Source: Octopus vulgaris (lineage: Eukaryota). From it: a DNA stretch of 64,000 bases. Position numbers and translations under genes: made by a program. Below are positions 63,381-64,000 of the stretch, in pieces (the stretch's first letter is position 1; each line of letters opens with the position of its first letter). The DNA lies in contig OX597821.1 of NCBI GenBank assembly GCA_951406725.2, positions 89,280,001 through 89,344,000 on the forward strand, given 5' to 3'. The notes below the pieces were generated by a model that made no database searches, was not told the origin of the DNA, and was given only the letters and a program-made list of their open reading frames with translations.

Positions 63381-63840
63381 ATCATCATCATCATCATCAT
63401 CATCGTTTAACATCCACTTTCCATGCTGGCATGGGTTGGACGGTTCAACTGGGGTCTGGGAAGCCCGAAGGCTGCACCAGGCCAGTCAGATCTGGCAATG
63501 TTTCTACAGCTGGATACCCTTCCTAATGCCAACCACTCCGTGAGTGTAGTGGGTGCTTTTTATGTGCCATCGACACAGGTGCCAGACGAGGCTGGCGAAC
63601 GGCCATGCTCAGATGGTGCTTTTTATGTGCCACCGGCACAGAGGCCAGGCGCGGCTGGCGAATGGCCATGCTCAGATGGTGATTTTTACGTGCCACCGGC
63701 ACGGAGGCCAGGCGAGGCTGGCAACGGCCATGATCGGATGGTGTTTGTTACGTGCCACCAGCACGGCGGCCAGTCGATGCGGTGCTGGCTACGGCCACGT
63801 TCGGATGGTTCTTTATTTTATGTGCCACCGGCACTGGTAC
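63381..63840 (-). mobile_element. Family E with an internal tandem array of about 63 bp
   Basis: GGTGCTTTTTA(C/T)GTGCCA-like starts at 63552, 63615, 63678, 63740 and 63807. Confidence 0.85.
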
Positions 63841-64000
63841 CACAACTACAAATTCCATTGATGTTGATCGATTTCGATTTTGATATGATTTTTGATTTTC
63901 ACTTGATAAATAATAAATAGTTGCTCCCTTGTCTGCTTCGTGCGGAGTCAACTTGTTAAATGGGTTTTGATATTTTGGAAACTAAGAACACAGAGTATCA

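Overview
AT-rich eukaryotic genomic DNA made almost entirely of repeats. The repeat landscape resembles octopus or another cephalopod mollusc, which is inferred from repeat families only. It holds at least 4 tRNA-headed SINE families (about 35 copies or fragments), an RTE-type 3-prime repeat family, decayed LINE ends (RTE, CR1/L2, R4/Dong, L1/Tx1), a Gypsy LTR+PBS+gag relic, mariner/Tc1/maT transposase relics, a hAT MITE, a non-autonomous Helitron, several Penelope-like (GIY-YIG) relics and many microsatellites. Nearly all ORF-track entries are microsatellite or SINE artefacts. There is no intact protein-coding gene, only 3 weak candidate exons. The main result is a set of hammerhead-ribozyme (HHR) motifs in three architectures. 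(1) Two sequence-divergent minus-strand motifs at 12511-12573 and 55487-55547 have the three catalytic-core strands in the non-circularly permuted order UH -> GAAA -> CUGAUGA, with covarying helices I and III, a shared upstream hairpin and a shared end at (TA)n. (2) Minimal Penelope-type type I HHRs with a CCGACGA core lie at 17751 and 28441. (3) Decayed type I HHRs sit in about 390-bp tandem and inverted units (retrozyme or pLTR-like) at 22340-23400. All structures were read by eye and are untested.
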